DNA of 64,000 nt from Octopus sinensis (taxonomy: Eukaryota). Made by a program: the position numbers and the translations under genes. The DNA is taken from the NCBI RefSeq assembly GCF_006345805.1, contig NC_043009.1:40548001-40612000 (forward strand). The letters run 5' to 3'. The notes beneath the pieces were generated by a model. The model worked only from the letters and a program-made list of their open reading frames with translations. It ran no database searches and was not told where the DNA came from. Shown piece by piece: positions 25,676 to 38,665 of the stretch; the stretch's first letter is position 1; each line of letters begins with the position of its first letter.

Positions 25676-26690
25676 TAACTCTTCCTCTATACGAAGGAGT
25701 TACACAACGCAGTCTCCATCACAAGCGATATATTTGTACCATCACTGACCCCAACTTCAGAATCCATGTGGAAAAATTTCGGGTGTGCCCCTTAAGCACT
25801 AACTTCTTTACAGCCCTTTTCACCTCATCTGCATCATCAAATCATTGTCTCCCGTTGACTGTCTTTCATTGGACCGAGCAGGTGGAAATCCGAGGATGGT
25901 AAACCCCAGCTGTACAGCTGATGTAGGGGACTACTGAGCTGTCCAATTTGCCGATTGCATGGCTTGTTATCAAATCTGTGTGTTGTAATGCAATATCGCG
26001 GTGAATGTAGATCGTTTTCAAATTCTTGTTCGGGTGTTTTCCTCCTAACGGCTTCTCCAAGCCTCTTTAGTGTCTCAGGTACCGGATGGTTGAGCCATGT
26101 TCCAGAAGATCAAAGAAAACAACACCTTTGTCATCCCCCAAAAAGCAGTCACCGTGACTCTCTGTGCCGATCGCTGGCTCCAACTTCTTAGGCCTCGGAA
26201 AAGAGGTACGATGCTATTCCACAGAATAAGCCTTCGTTTAGGGATCATAAAAGTATGGCCAACTCCCTAGGTACCCTCTTTTCACACACTTTCCGATACT
26301 CAAAGAATTCCACTGTTTTCTGTAATGCACTGTGATCGCAGTCCAGTTGTTTGGCAAACTTAAAGATTGTGACTCATCTGTCTGCACGAAATCATTGCAT
26401 CCACTCGCTAGCGATTCGTGTCAGCCGTTGCAGGTGATAATCTCCACTACAAATTTTTTTTCTGCAAAGCTGTTTCCAACTTCATTAAAATTCTTCATTC
26501 ATCTGTACACATTTTTCTTGTTAGTGGTGTCATCTCTATAAAAAAACTTGTGGTCTTCTGTGGATGCTGGACAGCCTGCACACTTACTTTGTCAAAACCT
26601 CAATAATGGCACGTTTGCTTCTGTTCGGAACTCATTACTTGCTTACAATGACAAAGAACGGGGGAAAGAATCACTATAGAGGAAGAATTA
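25676..26690 (-). mobile_element. Decayed mariner (Tc1/mariner) transposon
   Basis: Minus-strand peptides KRAIIEVL, ADR*VTI..AKQL, YRKVCEKRVPREL, DDKGVVFFDLLEHGSTI, IYIHRDIALQHT and SDFHLLGPMKD correspond to mariner QRAVIEFL, DRR.T, KVCARWVP, WD.KGVI..DFL, LLHDNARPH and APSDFHLFGPMK. Inverted repeat TAACTCTTCCTCTATA (25676-25691) / TATAGAGGAAGAATTA (26675-26690). Confidence 0.8.
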
Positions 26691-26747
26691 CTCTACTAGC
26701 AAATACAATCTGAACGAAATATGTTAGATAATGTAAAAGATACATAA

Positions 26748-26960
26748 GGTGGAGAGCTGGTAGAATCGTTAGCACGTCGAGAAAAATGCTTAGCGACATT
26801 TCGTCCGTCTTTAAGTTCTGAGTTCAAATACTTCCGATGTCGACTTTGTCTTGTATTTCTTCCGGGACGATAAAATAAATACCAGTTGAGTACCGGGGTT
26901 GCTGTAAACAACTTACTCCCTCCCACAAAACACTAGCCTTGTGTCAAAATTTGATATCAA
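26748..26960 (+). mobile_element. Old SINE-B variant
   Basis: GGTGGAGAGCTGGTAGAATCGTTAGCAC...GAGTTCAAAT...GTCGACTTTG. Confidence 0.8.
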
Positions 26961-27404
26961 TGTAAATGCTCACTTTTGCATTATTTCGGGGACTGTCCTC
27001 GTGTGTGTGTGTGTGAAATTGAAAGCATACGGAAGCCAAAAATGTTTTGTATTGAAAATACTTTGAATCCTGAACCACCAAGTCATTGGTTCAAACCCCA
27101 TTTCCTCCATCTATCACTTATATTTCTTGCCTGAAATGACCATCATTTATAAGCGACAAATGTCGATTCCAGTTCTTTTGAAACCAAAATATATGTAGAT
27201 GAGATCTGTACTTTTTTTTTATTCGTTTACTCTGTAGCTATACTATTTTACGAAAGAATCCTTTTTACCTTTGGTAATACAAAAGAAAAAATTGGATTCC
27301 TTTGATCATTGAGTTCATTGTGATACAGGTGATATAATTGAATGTTGTAAGTTGCATCAGGCTCTAGTTCCAATTCTGCACTCCGTGTGTCTGACTGTCT
27401 GAAT

Positions 27405-27689
27405 GAGAGTGTGTGGCTGTGTGGTAAGAATCTTGCTTCCCAACCACATGGTTCTGAGTTTAATCCCACTGCATAGCACCTTAGCCAAGTGTCTTCAATT
27501 ATAGTCTTGGGCCAACCAAAGCCTTGTGAATAGATTTAGTAGACGGAAACTGAAAGAATCCCGTCATATATATATATATACTATGGTGTATGAAAATATA
27601 AAATATAAAAATAATTTTGTGGATGTACAAGCGTCCGTACTCTTTATTATTAATAATATAAATATATATACATATGTATTATCTGTATG

Positions 27690-27729
<40 letters not shown>

Positions 27730-28325
27730 AAATGGGGCAAGGATGCAAAACAACCGGACAGTTAGGTGATACAAAAATAGGACAACAAAACATCCAGATA
27801 GACTATATATATATATATATACATACATACATACATACATACATACATACATACCTACATACGTATTTGAAAGTCTTTGAGGATTACTTTATATATATAT
27901 ATATATATTTGAAAGTTTATGAGGGTTACTTTATACAATTTTTGAAGTGTAAAGGTGATTTTTCTAAAAAAATTATTTCTCTTTTAAAAAGTGTTATGAA
28001 AATGAGGATGTTACTAACCTTTTTAGGGAAGAAGTTTTTTTCTAGTGTGTAAACGCTTTCGTTAAACATTTTCAAACACACGTGTTCTTATATGTATATA
28101 TTTATATGTGCGTATCTTTGTGTTTGTGTTTGTCCCCCTATCACCACTTGAGAATTGGTATTGGTGTGTTTACGTCCCCGTGACATAGAGGTTCGGTTTA
28201 AGGGACAGATAGAGTAAGTATTAAGCTTAAAAAATAAGTGCTGGGATCGATTTGTTCGACTAAAATCCTTCAAGGTGATTCTCTTGCATGGCTGCAGTCA
28301 AATGACTGAAACAAGTGAAAGAGTG
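27405..28325 (+). mobile_element. SINE family A with the head half (27405-27560) and tail half (28090-28325) separated by ~530 bp inserted in its internal (TA) tract
   Basis: The two halves are collinear and in the same orientation. Confidence 0.7.
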
Positions 28326-28454
28326 AAAGAATTAGTTCTCGGACTTGTAAGGCAGAAGTTCGATTCCGAAAGCTGGCCTGGATCTGAACCAATCCTGTTT
28401 AGCAGCAAACAGTAGGTTCGCACAGACAGTAGGTTCGCCTTCTTAGCGGTAAAA

Positions 28455-28600
<146 letters not shown>

Positions 28601-28989
28601 CGACGAAAATTTTCGACGAGCTAAGCGGCCGAGGTCGAAATTTCGATATACATAAAAGTGAAATTCCGTCTGTCCAGGACCCCTGTATTTCAGTCTACAT
28701 TTGCTCTACATAGACATATTGTATTTTCTGGAATCAGGATGATTCTGGGATTGAAAAGCTGTCCTTTATTTGGTTCTCGAACATCCAGTACTGGTATGTG
28801 ATGAAAGAGCACTTGGACTGCTATTTCTGGCAGGTAAAGCGACCGGGAGAGGTTTCAAACGGTCTACAAGAGATACCTCCCTTAGCTATAATAATAATAA
28901 GCGCGACATTCTATGCCAGAAACAGACCAAAGCTTTTTGAATTTAATATCAAAACTATGAAACAGTACTTCTGTTACCTACATTAATCT

Positions 28990-29157
28990 TTTCTACTCCA
29001 GGCACAAATCCCGAAATTCTGAGGGGTGGGGGAGAGGGCAGTCGATTAGATCGACCCGAGTACGCAACTGGTACATAATTTATCGACCCCGAAAGCTTGA
29101 AAGATAAAGTCGACCTCGGCGGAATTTGAACTCAGAACGTAGCGGCAGACGAAATAT
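28990..29157 (-). mobile_element. SINE-B variant, 5'-truncated
   Basis: Reverse complement of the family-B core. Confidence 0.8.
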
Positions 29158-29164
29158 CTGAAAT

Positions 29165-29438
29165 AAACTCGATTGCTCTCACAAACGAGAATACTAAAAC
29201 TGAACCCGACCGCTCTCAAAAATTAAGTAAAAAAAAAACAAACAAAAATAATCCAGAATCTTCGTCCGGTATCAGATCGATCCCAAAATCTAATCAGTTC
29301 GTGCCAGTCACGAGGCCAAACATCCCTGAAAGTTTCATCCGAATCCATTCAGCGGTTCTTGAAACATCTTGTCCACGGACAAACAAACAGACAGACAAAC
29401 GCGACTGAAAACAATACCTCCGCCTTCTCTAAGGTGGC

Positions 29439-29441
<3 letters not shown>
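29165..29441 (+). mobile_element. Helitron/Helentron-associated (HINE-like) non-autonomous element
   Basis: GAAAGTTTCATCCGAATCC..CAGCGGTTCTTGA, a (ACAA/ACAG) microsatellite, and the terminal hairpin ACCTCCGCCTT-CTCT-AAGGTGGCGGT (29416-29441). The classification is by architecture only. Confidence 0.5.
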
Positions 29442-29475
<34 letters not shown>

Positions 29476-29537
29476 TAATAATAATAATAATAATATTAAT
29501 AATAATAATGATAATAATGATAATAATAATAATAATA

Positions 29538-29587
<50 letters not shown>

Positions 29588-29629
29588 TATAATAATAATA
29601 ATAATAATGATAATATAATAATAATAATA

Positions 29630-29677
<48 letters not shown>

Positions 29678-29691
29678 TAATAATAATAATG

Positions 29692-29730
<39 letters not shown>

Positions 29731-29749
29731 TAATAATAATAATAATAAT
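29442..29749. repeat. (TAA)n/(TGA)n microsatellite
   Basis: Read directly from the sequence. Confidence 0.97.
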
Positions 29750-30009
29750 TTCTCACACGGTCATCTTGTCATGGTAGAAGGTAAGTTATTCTTTAGCAAG
29801 GATTTACCTAAAGCAATACTTCTATTGAGCTCTGCACCAGATCGAACAGTTTGCTTTAGTTGTTGTGCATAAAGCTACATGTCCCTGGTTAATCTATTCA
29901 CAGATTTGCTGATTTTTACATGTGAATCATACATTCACCTATTGTATCCATTGTTCATCCACCTATCTATTTATCTCTTTCTTTCCTTATACGTACGTAC
30001 TTACATACA

Positions 30010-30080
<71 letters not shown>

Positions 30081-31049
30081 TGTGTGTGTATTCAATGCAC
30101 GCTTTACGATCTTCTCTGCCCTCAAGCTAAACTCTGTGTATTGATACGTTCGTCTATTTACTCTATTCTATATTTGATTGTGTATACTGCTTCTGCATTA
30201 CAAGACTGCTACTGTGTTTCCTATTTATAATCTTTTATGCTATTTAGGTTCTCCTTTACACACACACTACACACATACACTACACGCACCAAACACACAT
30301 ACATATGTACCTGCATAGTCAGCATCGCTGTAATCACTCGTCGTCGACATCCTTATTAACATTTTCTTACTTAAGTTCACAATTGAAAATCGATTTACAT
30401 ATCTATCCAATGTTTTATTGTTTTCTTAGCCGGCTTCCTGCACATTCGGAAAAAGAGATTTTGCTCCATCAACAGAAACGCGCACAGACACATACACATA
30501 CGCACAACCGAGCAAGCATGCGTACGTACGTATGTATAACTATACGGCCGGTATTTAGCTGAATTGTTAGGCTTGCAATATTCGTCCTGGTTTTCTACGT
30601 TCTGAGTTTAAACCCCGCCGTGGTCAGCTTCACCTTTCTTCTTTTGAATCGATAAATAAAGCACTAGATCAGTATCAGGGTAAATACTTTACCTTCCTTC
30701 CTTCCATCCTTCTTTCTTCCTTTCTTTCTTTCAGTCTCTATCACCTTCTGAAAGAAATTGTGTTTTGACCTGGAGAAGGATGGGTTACACTAGGTGTAAA
30801 AAATAAAATGCTCAAAATGCGCTACATGTCAAAACTGCGTTCCTACGAGTACCACCAACAGGAATTCGGGGCCTACTACCTGTCTATCTCGGTAAATTCG
30901 GATACTTATCCAAAATATAGTCATACCAGAATTATCGAATAACCATAACCAAATGCAAACTTTCAGTTCTGTGATTCTAAACCCACAACCCTTAAAGACC
31001 CACTGCACTATATCATACATACTATTTTTTTTTTAAATTTTTATGCGTC

Positions 31050-31331
31050 CTTTTCAAGTCTAGCCAGGCTCGTGGTCCCGGTTTCCTGGTTTCTATGGCG
31101 TATGTGTTCCCCCCAGCTGGACGGGACGCCAGTCCATCGCAGCGTTACTCAAGAAACAGGAAGAAAGAGTGAGGGAAAGTTGGGGCGAAAGAGTACAACA
31201 GGGGTCACCACCACCCCCTGCCGGAGCCTCGTGTAGCTTTAGGTGTTTTCGCTCAATAACACACACAACGCCCGATCTGGAAATCAAAAACGCGAGTCCG
31301 CTGCCCAAACCACTTGGCCATTGCGCCTCCA
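31050..31331 (-). mobile_element. SINE head C with tail X
   Basis: Near-collinear with 510-781. Confidence 0.85.
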
Positions 31332-32434
31332 CACTCATACATACTATACAACCTCTTTTATGTCCTCTAAGTCAATATTTCAAATCGGCCGAAAGCGGTT
31401 TCGAATTACTTCTCTATCGTGTTTCTTCGTCGTGAAATTTTTCTACGATTTCCCAAAACCGGAACTCATATGAATATTTAACGCACAAACCACCCTCCAC
31501 ACCTCATTGGTTTTAATTAGACATTAGACGAAGCATAATTGTTTTAGAAGGAAATTTTAATCATGTGCGCGCGCGCGTGTGTGTGTGTTACTAAATAGTC
31601 TGGAAATAGTGAATACCAAATTTTTAATAAAACAAATCTTTATGAACGTACATGCCGGCATAGCTATGTGGCTAAGATTCTCGCTTTGCATCAAGGTGAT
31701 TCCTGGTTCAATTTCATAGCGCGGCATGTTGAGCTAGTGTCTTATACTATAGACCTGGATCGACCGATGCCGTGTCAGGTATTCGGTACAAGGAAACTGT
31801 GTGGAAGCCCATCGTATATATGTGTATGTGTGTTCTCTCCCCTCTCCCCAATATGATGGTGACAGACAGACAGATAGATAGACTCCAAAATGGTCATTGA
31901 TGGTCTGCGACATAAAAATATCTAACCACTAACATACATATAATCTTAAATGATTTTAATTCTATACCAATGTAATACATTTTTTGAAAATTTAAGGTGA
32001 TGGGTTCGATTCCTGGACGAGGCTGTACTTTGTATCATTGAGGACACAAAGCGCTGCCTGGCGTTTGTTGTTCTCCATTTTACGCTCCTTCAGTCTATGC
32101 AGCTGAAAATCAGTACTAGTTCAAGGTGATGCTGTATTCCTCTCACTTTCTCTCTCCTTTTGCTGCATCCTCGATGTCATGCTGGATCAATGAGAGATCC
32201 AGGCTGACAGAGGATTTGTAGCGAAAGCATGGTATATGTTACCAAATCATACTCACTTGCAAGTGGTTAGACAACAAGTTTATACGTTTTATAATAAATC
32301 TTCTGTTTCCTTATTTCTATTTTACTTTTATCTCTCTAATAAACTATAGTCATAGCAATGGAAATTCTTTAATTCGCCTTGAATATTTTATCGAGCACTT
32401 TAGAGAAAATTTGCTTCAGTTTTGTACGAATTTA

Positions 32435-32905
32435 TAGTCGCAGGAGTGGCTGTGTGGTAAGTAGCTTGCTTACCAACCACATGGTTCCGGGTTCAGTCCC
32501 ACTGTGTGGCACCTTGGGCAAGTGTCTTCTACTATAGTCTCAGGCCGACCAAAGCCTTGTGAGTGGATTTGGTAGACGGAAACTGAAAGGAGCCCGTCAT
32601 ATATATGTGTATATATATGTATATATATGTATATATATATGTGTGTGTGTGGTGTGTGTGTGTATATATGTATGTATGAGTGTATGTTTTTGTGTGTCTG
32701 TATTTGTCCCCCCCTCCCCAACATCGCTTGACAAATGATGCTGGTGTGTTTATGTCCCCGTAACTTAATGGTTCAGCAAAAGAGACCGATAGAATAAGTA
32801 CTAGGCTTGCAAAGAATAAGTCCTGGAGTCGATTTGCTCGACTAAAGGCGGTGCTCCAGCATGGCCACAGTACAGTCAAATGACCGAAACAAGTAAAAGA
32901 GAGTA
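32435..32905 (+). mobile_element. SINE family A, full copy
   Basis: Complete head, internal microsatellite and 3' end GACCGAAACAAGTAAAAGAGAG. Confidence 0.92.
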
Positions 32906-33494
32906 AAAGCTAGTAGGATCGAACCGTATGATTACGAAACGATTTTCTTAAAAACACAGCCAAGCTTTCGCTAAATATATATATATTGAAATAGTTTTTT
33001 TTAAATTTTAATTTTTTTCCTTTCCATACATTCCCAAATCTCAACTGTTTAAAATTCGATATATAATAAAAAATTAAAAAATAAAAATATTGAAAGAACT
33101 TAATATCAACAGAAGACATGTTGTTTGGTTTTACTTGTCACCAGTGGGATGTGATTCTGACTTGAAATGGTTCCATCTTGATAGAAAACCAAAATATTTC
33201 TGTTATCTTTTTGTAAAGCCGATTAAAAAAATAATGTTGTCTGTAAGTTGTTGTTCTTATTGTTGCTTAATTCCAATCAATTCTTGTTGTTGTTCTTGTG
33301 CTCCAGTCAGTTCTTGTTTTAATTGCTGTTGTTGTTCTCCTTTGAACACTTGACGTTGTTGTTCTTGCGCTTCAGTCCATCGTTGTTGTTGTGGTGGTTA
33401 TTATTATTATTATTATTGTTGTTGTTGTTCGTCTAGCGACACGTATCGCACATCGCTGCATAAGTTTTGCTATTATTCATATCGTTAGTCATTG

Positions 33495-33881
33495 TGGAGG
33501 CGCAATGGCCCAGTGGTTAGGGCAGCGGACTCGCGGTCATAGGATCGCGGTTTCGATACCCAGACCGGGCGTTGTGAGTGTTTATTGAGCGAAAACACCT
33601 AAATTTCCACGAGGCTCCGGCAGGGGATGGTGGTGATCCCTGCTGTACTCTTTCACCACGACTTTCTCTCACTCTTACTTCCTGTTTCTGTTGTACCTGT
33701 ATTTCAAAAGGCCGGTCTTGTCACTCTCTGTGTCACGCTGAATATCCCCGAGAACTACGTTAAGGGTACACATGTCTGTGGAGTGCTCAGCCACTTACAC
33801 GTTAATTTCACGAGCAGGCTGTTCCGTTGATTCGGATCAACCGGAACCCTCGTCGTCGTAACCGACGGAGTGCTTCAATCC
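33495..33881 (+). mobile_element. SINE head C with tail Z, young
   Basis: TSD ATCGTTAGTCATTG at 33481-33494 and 33882-33895. Near-identical to 42898-43287. Confidence 0.92.
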
Positions 33882-33904
33882 ATCGTTAGTCATTGCTTTA
33901 CATT

Positions 33905-34297
33905 GTACATTTGTTACACTTTACTCTCCTTTACTCTTTTACTTGTTTCAGTCATGTGACTGTGGCCATGCTGGAGCACAGCCTTTACTCAAACAAATCG
34001 ACCCCAGGATTTATTCTTTGTAAACCTAGTACTTATTCCATCGGTCTCTCTTGCCGAACCTCTAAGTTACGGGGACGTAAACACACCAGCATCGGTTGTC
34101 AAGCGATGTTGGGGAGACAAACACAGACACACACACGTACATATATATATACATATATACGGCGGGCTTCCTTCAGTTTCCATCTAGCAAATCCACTCAC
34201 AAGGCTTTGGTCGGCCCGAGGCTATAGTAGCAGACACTTACCCAAGGTGCCACGCGGTGGGACTGAACGCAGAACCATGCAGCCACTCCTACGCCTA
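33905..34297 (-). mobile_element. SINE family A
   Basis: Reverse complement of a near-full copy. Confidence 0.88.
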
Positions 34298-34431
34298 CGC
34301 CTATTGTTATTGTTACTTGGTTAAACAAACCAGAACCTTTGGGAACTGTTTAGTTCTTTCCTATTTGTAGTCCTTAGGGGCTATTCTGGGATTTGTTTGG
34401 GTTACAACACAACTCTTTTTTTAAATCAAAA

Positions 34432-35660
34432 ATGGCGAACGAAAACCCTCTGTCCGCTGAAAAGAACAGCGGGTTATCCGCAACATAGAACAGCCAAGTT
34501 AAACAAGATAGTGACTCTGTAGCAACAATAACAAAAACAACAACAATAGCGCAAGTGGAACGTATGAAAATGAATTCCCCTTGCTTCTTTCCTCCTCTTT
34601 ATCACTGCAGAAACAAGAGACGAAAATTTCAAGCACCAACACCATAAGCGAAAACACTACCATCTCCACCGCTACCACCAGTGCCAGCAGCAGCAGTAGC
34701 AGTAGTGGTAGCAACATCAAAAATACGAGAGACAGCAACGGTAGCAGTAGCAGCGATGGCAACAACAACGATAATAACACCAACCAAAACAATGACAACA
34801 ACAACAGCAGCAGTAGCAGCAACAACAACAACAAGGACACTTTCGCAGCAGCAAAAAGAGACCGCGATACAGCCTAGACTTCATAACAAAAATGAAAGGT
34901 TGGCCCAAGCCTGGAAACCCATCAAACATGAGCAAACCTGGGCCAACTTAACTGTCCCGGCAGAGGCCATTGAAGCAGTGGAGAGGAGAACGGCGTATTT
35001 CGGATTCACCTCAGCAGGGACGAGGAAATTGGCTTTAAAAGCACAAGCAGATATTGAAGCTGCACTCAGATGCATCAGTGATGACACCGAATAAATAGCA
35101 AGGGACAGATAATACGGCACCATTTCGGTGTTTTTTAAGTCAGAGGCCCTTGCTATGAAGCACTCAATGACCCCTTGCAAAACCATCAAGTTCATAATGT
35201 ACCCCTCCCACATGGGAAAAAGCAAAGTATGTGTCCGCATTCCAAGGATTTCACCAGGACTTGATATTCGGTGGACTTTGAGATGTGTAATTGAGGAAGA
35301 GCCAGATGCCGTCCCGATAGATGCGGCAAAAGCTACCAAGGAGAACTGGTCCGGGGCTGATCTGCAGATATTTTTTCAGATTTGGCCAGAAAACGTAGAA
35401 AGGATCCCGGACCACATCCATCTCCAAAACGGGACGGTAATACACCTAATGACTGAAGGCAAAATACCATATTGTTTCGTTTGTGGAGAAACAACCCATT
35501 TGCGAGCCTTCTGCCATCAACTGATAAAAGGTGCAAGGGGTCGAAGGTCTCCACTGCTTCCTACGCCGGGGCGAGGACCATAACTAACACCAGCACTGGC
35601 AAAACCATCCACAACAACAAATGAAACACCACCAAAGACATTGACCAACCTAGGGTGAAA
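34432..35660 (+). mobile_element. Decayed gag-like ORF1 of an L1/Tx1-type LINE, with no ORF2 present
   Basis: ORFs 34681-35094 and 35128-35583 share a frame and are separated by two stops. Canonical CX2CX4HX4C knuckle CFVCGETTHLRAFC, preceded by EGKIPY. Confidence 0.65.
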
Positions 35661-35756
35661 TAAAGAAAGCTCTCCCACTCCGCATCCCGCCCCAAATACG
35701 CTCATGATTATTATTATTATCCTATGTAATTATTATTATTATCATTATTATTATCA

Positions 35757-37527
35757 TTCAATAGTTTTATTTTTATAGCGTGCTTTCACTTCACTACCGA
35801 GCGCAGCTCTGTGTGCCTTAGGTATGTGCTGTGATTTGTTGTGATGCTCTGATGGTTATTGTATGGAATGTGTTCTGCGTAGGATGTGTGCAGTGCCTAG
35901 TAGTGCAATTTTCTGTATGTTATATGTGTTTGTAAGTCCTGGTGTTTTTGTTATGTATTTGTCTGAATATTTTTTTATCATGCCTAATGCACCTACTATG
36001 ATAGAATTGTTTCTGTTTTTAGATTCCACATTCTGGTTACCTCTATTTCCAGGTCTTTGTATTTTGAAAGTTTCTCCATTTCTTTTAGAGACACGTTGTC
36101 ATCTGCCGGTATTGATACATCAATTAGAAAGCATTTTTTTTCTTCGTGATCTCTGACAACTATATCTGGTCTGTTGGCCTTAATTTCTCTATCTGTGTGT
36201 ATCGGCATATCCCAGAGTATGGTTGCTTTCTCGTTTTCTGTGACCTTTTCTGGTGTGTGCCTATACCATCTTTTTTCTGTTGTTATTCCATAATGTTGGC
36301 GTAGCTTCCAGTGTATGTAGGTTCCAACTTTGTCATGTCTGTGAATATATTCCTTCTTAGCTAGGACTGGGCAGCCAGAGATAATATGATTTATTGTTTC
36401 TTGTCCATCTCCACATATTCTGCAGTTACTTGTAATATTTCTTTTCATTACATGTTTTTGGTAATTTCTGGTGGGGAGGCTTTGGTCTTGTGCTGCAATT
36501 AAAAATCCCTCTGTCTCTGCTTTGAGTCCTGAGCTTCTCAACCATTGCTGGGATTTTTCTTTGTCTATTTCTTTTGCGTTTAGTTTAGTCCAGTATTTAC
36601 CATGAAGGGGCTTTTCTTGCCATCGTTTTATCATGGTTCGTTGCTGTTCTATTTTTAGTTTGGATTTCATTTGTTTTATAGCTTTTGTTGTTTCTTCATT
36701 TTCTTCTTCTTCTTCTTCATATTTATTAGGTGGTATGATTTCTTGTTTGTATTTGTCAGCTTCCTTAAATACTGAGAACAGTTTTTTGTTTTGCTCGTGT
36801 TTTGCCGCTATTTGTATCAGTTTTCCTTCCTTCTGAAGTAGATATGTTTGCAGTCTTATGGTGGTTATTTTATAGTAGTTTTCCAGCTGTATAAGGCCTC
36901 TACCACCTTCTATTGGTTGTATATATAGTCTTTCTATGTCAGATTTTGGGTGATGCATCCTAGACCCTGTCATTATTTTTCTTGTTTTCCTATCTATTTT
37001 GGTCAGTTCATTTCGTGTCCAGTTAAGGATATTGTAGCTGTAACTTATAACTGGGACAGCTAAAGTGTTAATACCTATTATCTTGTTTTTAGCATTGAGC
37101 TCTGTTTTAAGTATTGATCTAACTCGTCTATAATATTCTTTTTTTATTTTCTCTTTCATTTGTGTGTGTTGTGTCTTATCTAGTTCATGGATTCCTAAGT
37201 ATTTGTAAGTTTGGCTTTGGTCTAATTCTTTTATTTCATTGGTTTTATCTAGTGTGATGTTACTACTCTTAACTAGTTTTCCTCTTTTCATGGTTACTTT
37301 GGCGCATTTTTCTAATCCAAATTTCATTTCTATTTCTTTGGTAAATCCATGAACTGCCTTTAATAGTGTTTCCAGCTGTTTGTCATTTGCAGCGTATAGT
37401 TTTAGGTCATCCATATATAAAAGGTGGCTGATCGTTTTGCCATAACATTTATATCCGCATCCAGTTCTATTTAGCATATCAGATAGAGGTGACAGTGCCA
37501 AGCAGAAAAGGAGTGGAGAGAGAGTGT
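35757..37527 (-). mobile_element. R4/Dong-clade RLE non-LTR retrotransposon, 5'-truncated
   Basis: RT motifs TLSPLLFCLAL and HLLYMDDLKLY, CCHC finger CRICGDGQETINHIISGC, RLE motif NRPDIV...LIDVSIP, and C-terminus IQKIALLGTAHILRR reached through one frameshift near 36003. (TTA)n lies on both flanks. Confidence 0.92.
35856..37525 (-). CDS. RT-ZnF-RLE polyprotein C-terminal part of the R4/Dong element (one frameshift)
   Basis: Uninterrupted ~500-aa ORF at 35996-37501. The frameshifted terminal segment stops at 35856-35858. Confidence 0.8.
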
Positions 37528-37579
37528 TATTATTATTATTATTATTATTATATTATTATTATTATTATTATTATTATTA

Positions 37580-37960
37580 AAGGCGGTGAGCTGGCAGAAT
37601 CGTTAGGACACCGAGCAAAATGCTTAGCAGCATTTCGTCTGTCTTTACGTTCTGAGTTCGAATTCCGCCGAGGTCGGCTTTGCCTTTCAGCCTTTCGGGG
37701 TCGATAAAATAAGTACCAATTGAGTACGTGGTCTATGTAATCGGCTCATCCCCTCCCCCAAACTTGCTGGCTATGTGCTAAAACTCAAAATCATATAGGC
37801 GCAGGAGTGGCTGTGTGGTAAGTAGCTTGCTTGCCAACCACATGGTTCCGAGTTCATTACCACAGCGTGTCACCTTGAGCAAGTGTCTTCTACTATAGTC
37901 TCGGGCTGACCAAAGCCTTGTGAGTGGATTTGGTAGACGGAAACTGAAGGAAGCCCGTCG

Positions 37961-38013
<53 letters not shown>

Positions 38014-38665
38014 CGTGTGTGTGTGTCTGTCCCTCCCAACATCGCTTGACAACCGATGCTGGTGCGTTTACGTCTCTGTAACGTAGCGGTTCGGCAAAAG
38101 AGACCGATGGAATAAGTACTAGGCTAAGTCCTGCGGTCGATTTGCTCGACTAAAGGCGGTGCTCCAACATGGCCGCAGTCAGATGACTGAAACAAGTAAA
38201 AGAGTAAAGAGTATTGTTATTATTATTGTTCGGTTCCTAAGGCGGTAAGCTGACAGAATCGTTAGCGCGCTAGACAAAATGCTTAGCGGCATTTCGTCTG
38301 TCTTTACGTTCTGAGTTCAAATTCCGCCGAGGTCGTGTTTGCCTTTCATCCCTTCAGGGTCGATAAAATAAGTACCAGTTGAGTACTGGCGTCGCTGTAA
38401 ACGACTCACTCCCTCCCAGAAATTGCTGCCGTTGTTCCAAAATTTTAAACCATTATTATTGTTGAGCATCTAAGGTGGTGAGTTCACAGAATGGTTAGCG
38501 CGTTGGGCAAAATGTTTAGTGGCATTTTTTCTGGCTCTTTACGTTCTGAGATCAAATGCCGCTTAGGTCAACTTTACCTTTCATTTTTTTTTTCCGGGGT
38601 TGATAAAATGAAGTGCCAGTCCTAAATCTGCCGGCCTCGTGCCAAAATTTGAAACCATTATTATC
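37580..38665 (+). mobile_element. SINE pile-up: B variants at 37580-37790, 38240-38455 and 38472-38665, plus SINE A at 37796-38210
   Basis: Repeated GGCGGTGAGCTGGCAGAATCGTTAG heads and one family-A head. Confidence 0.85.

Noticed and set aside
33495-33570. tRNA gene calls for SINE heads
   Set aside because: A and B boxes are present, but the heads continue into SINE bodies bounded by TSDs, and no complete cloverleaf was evident.
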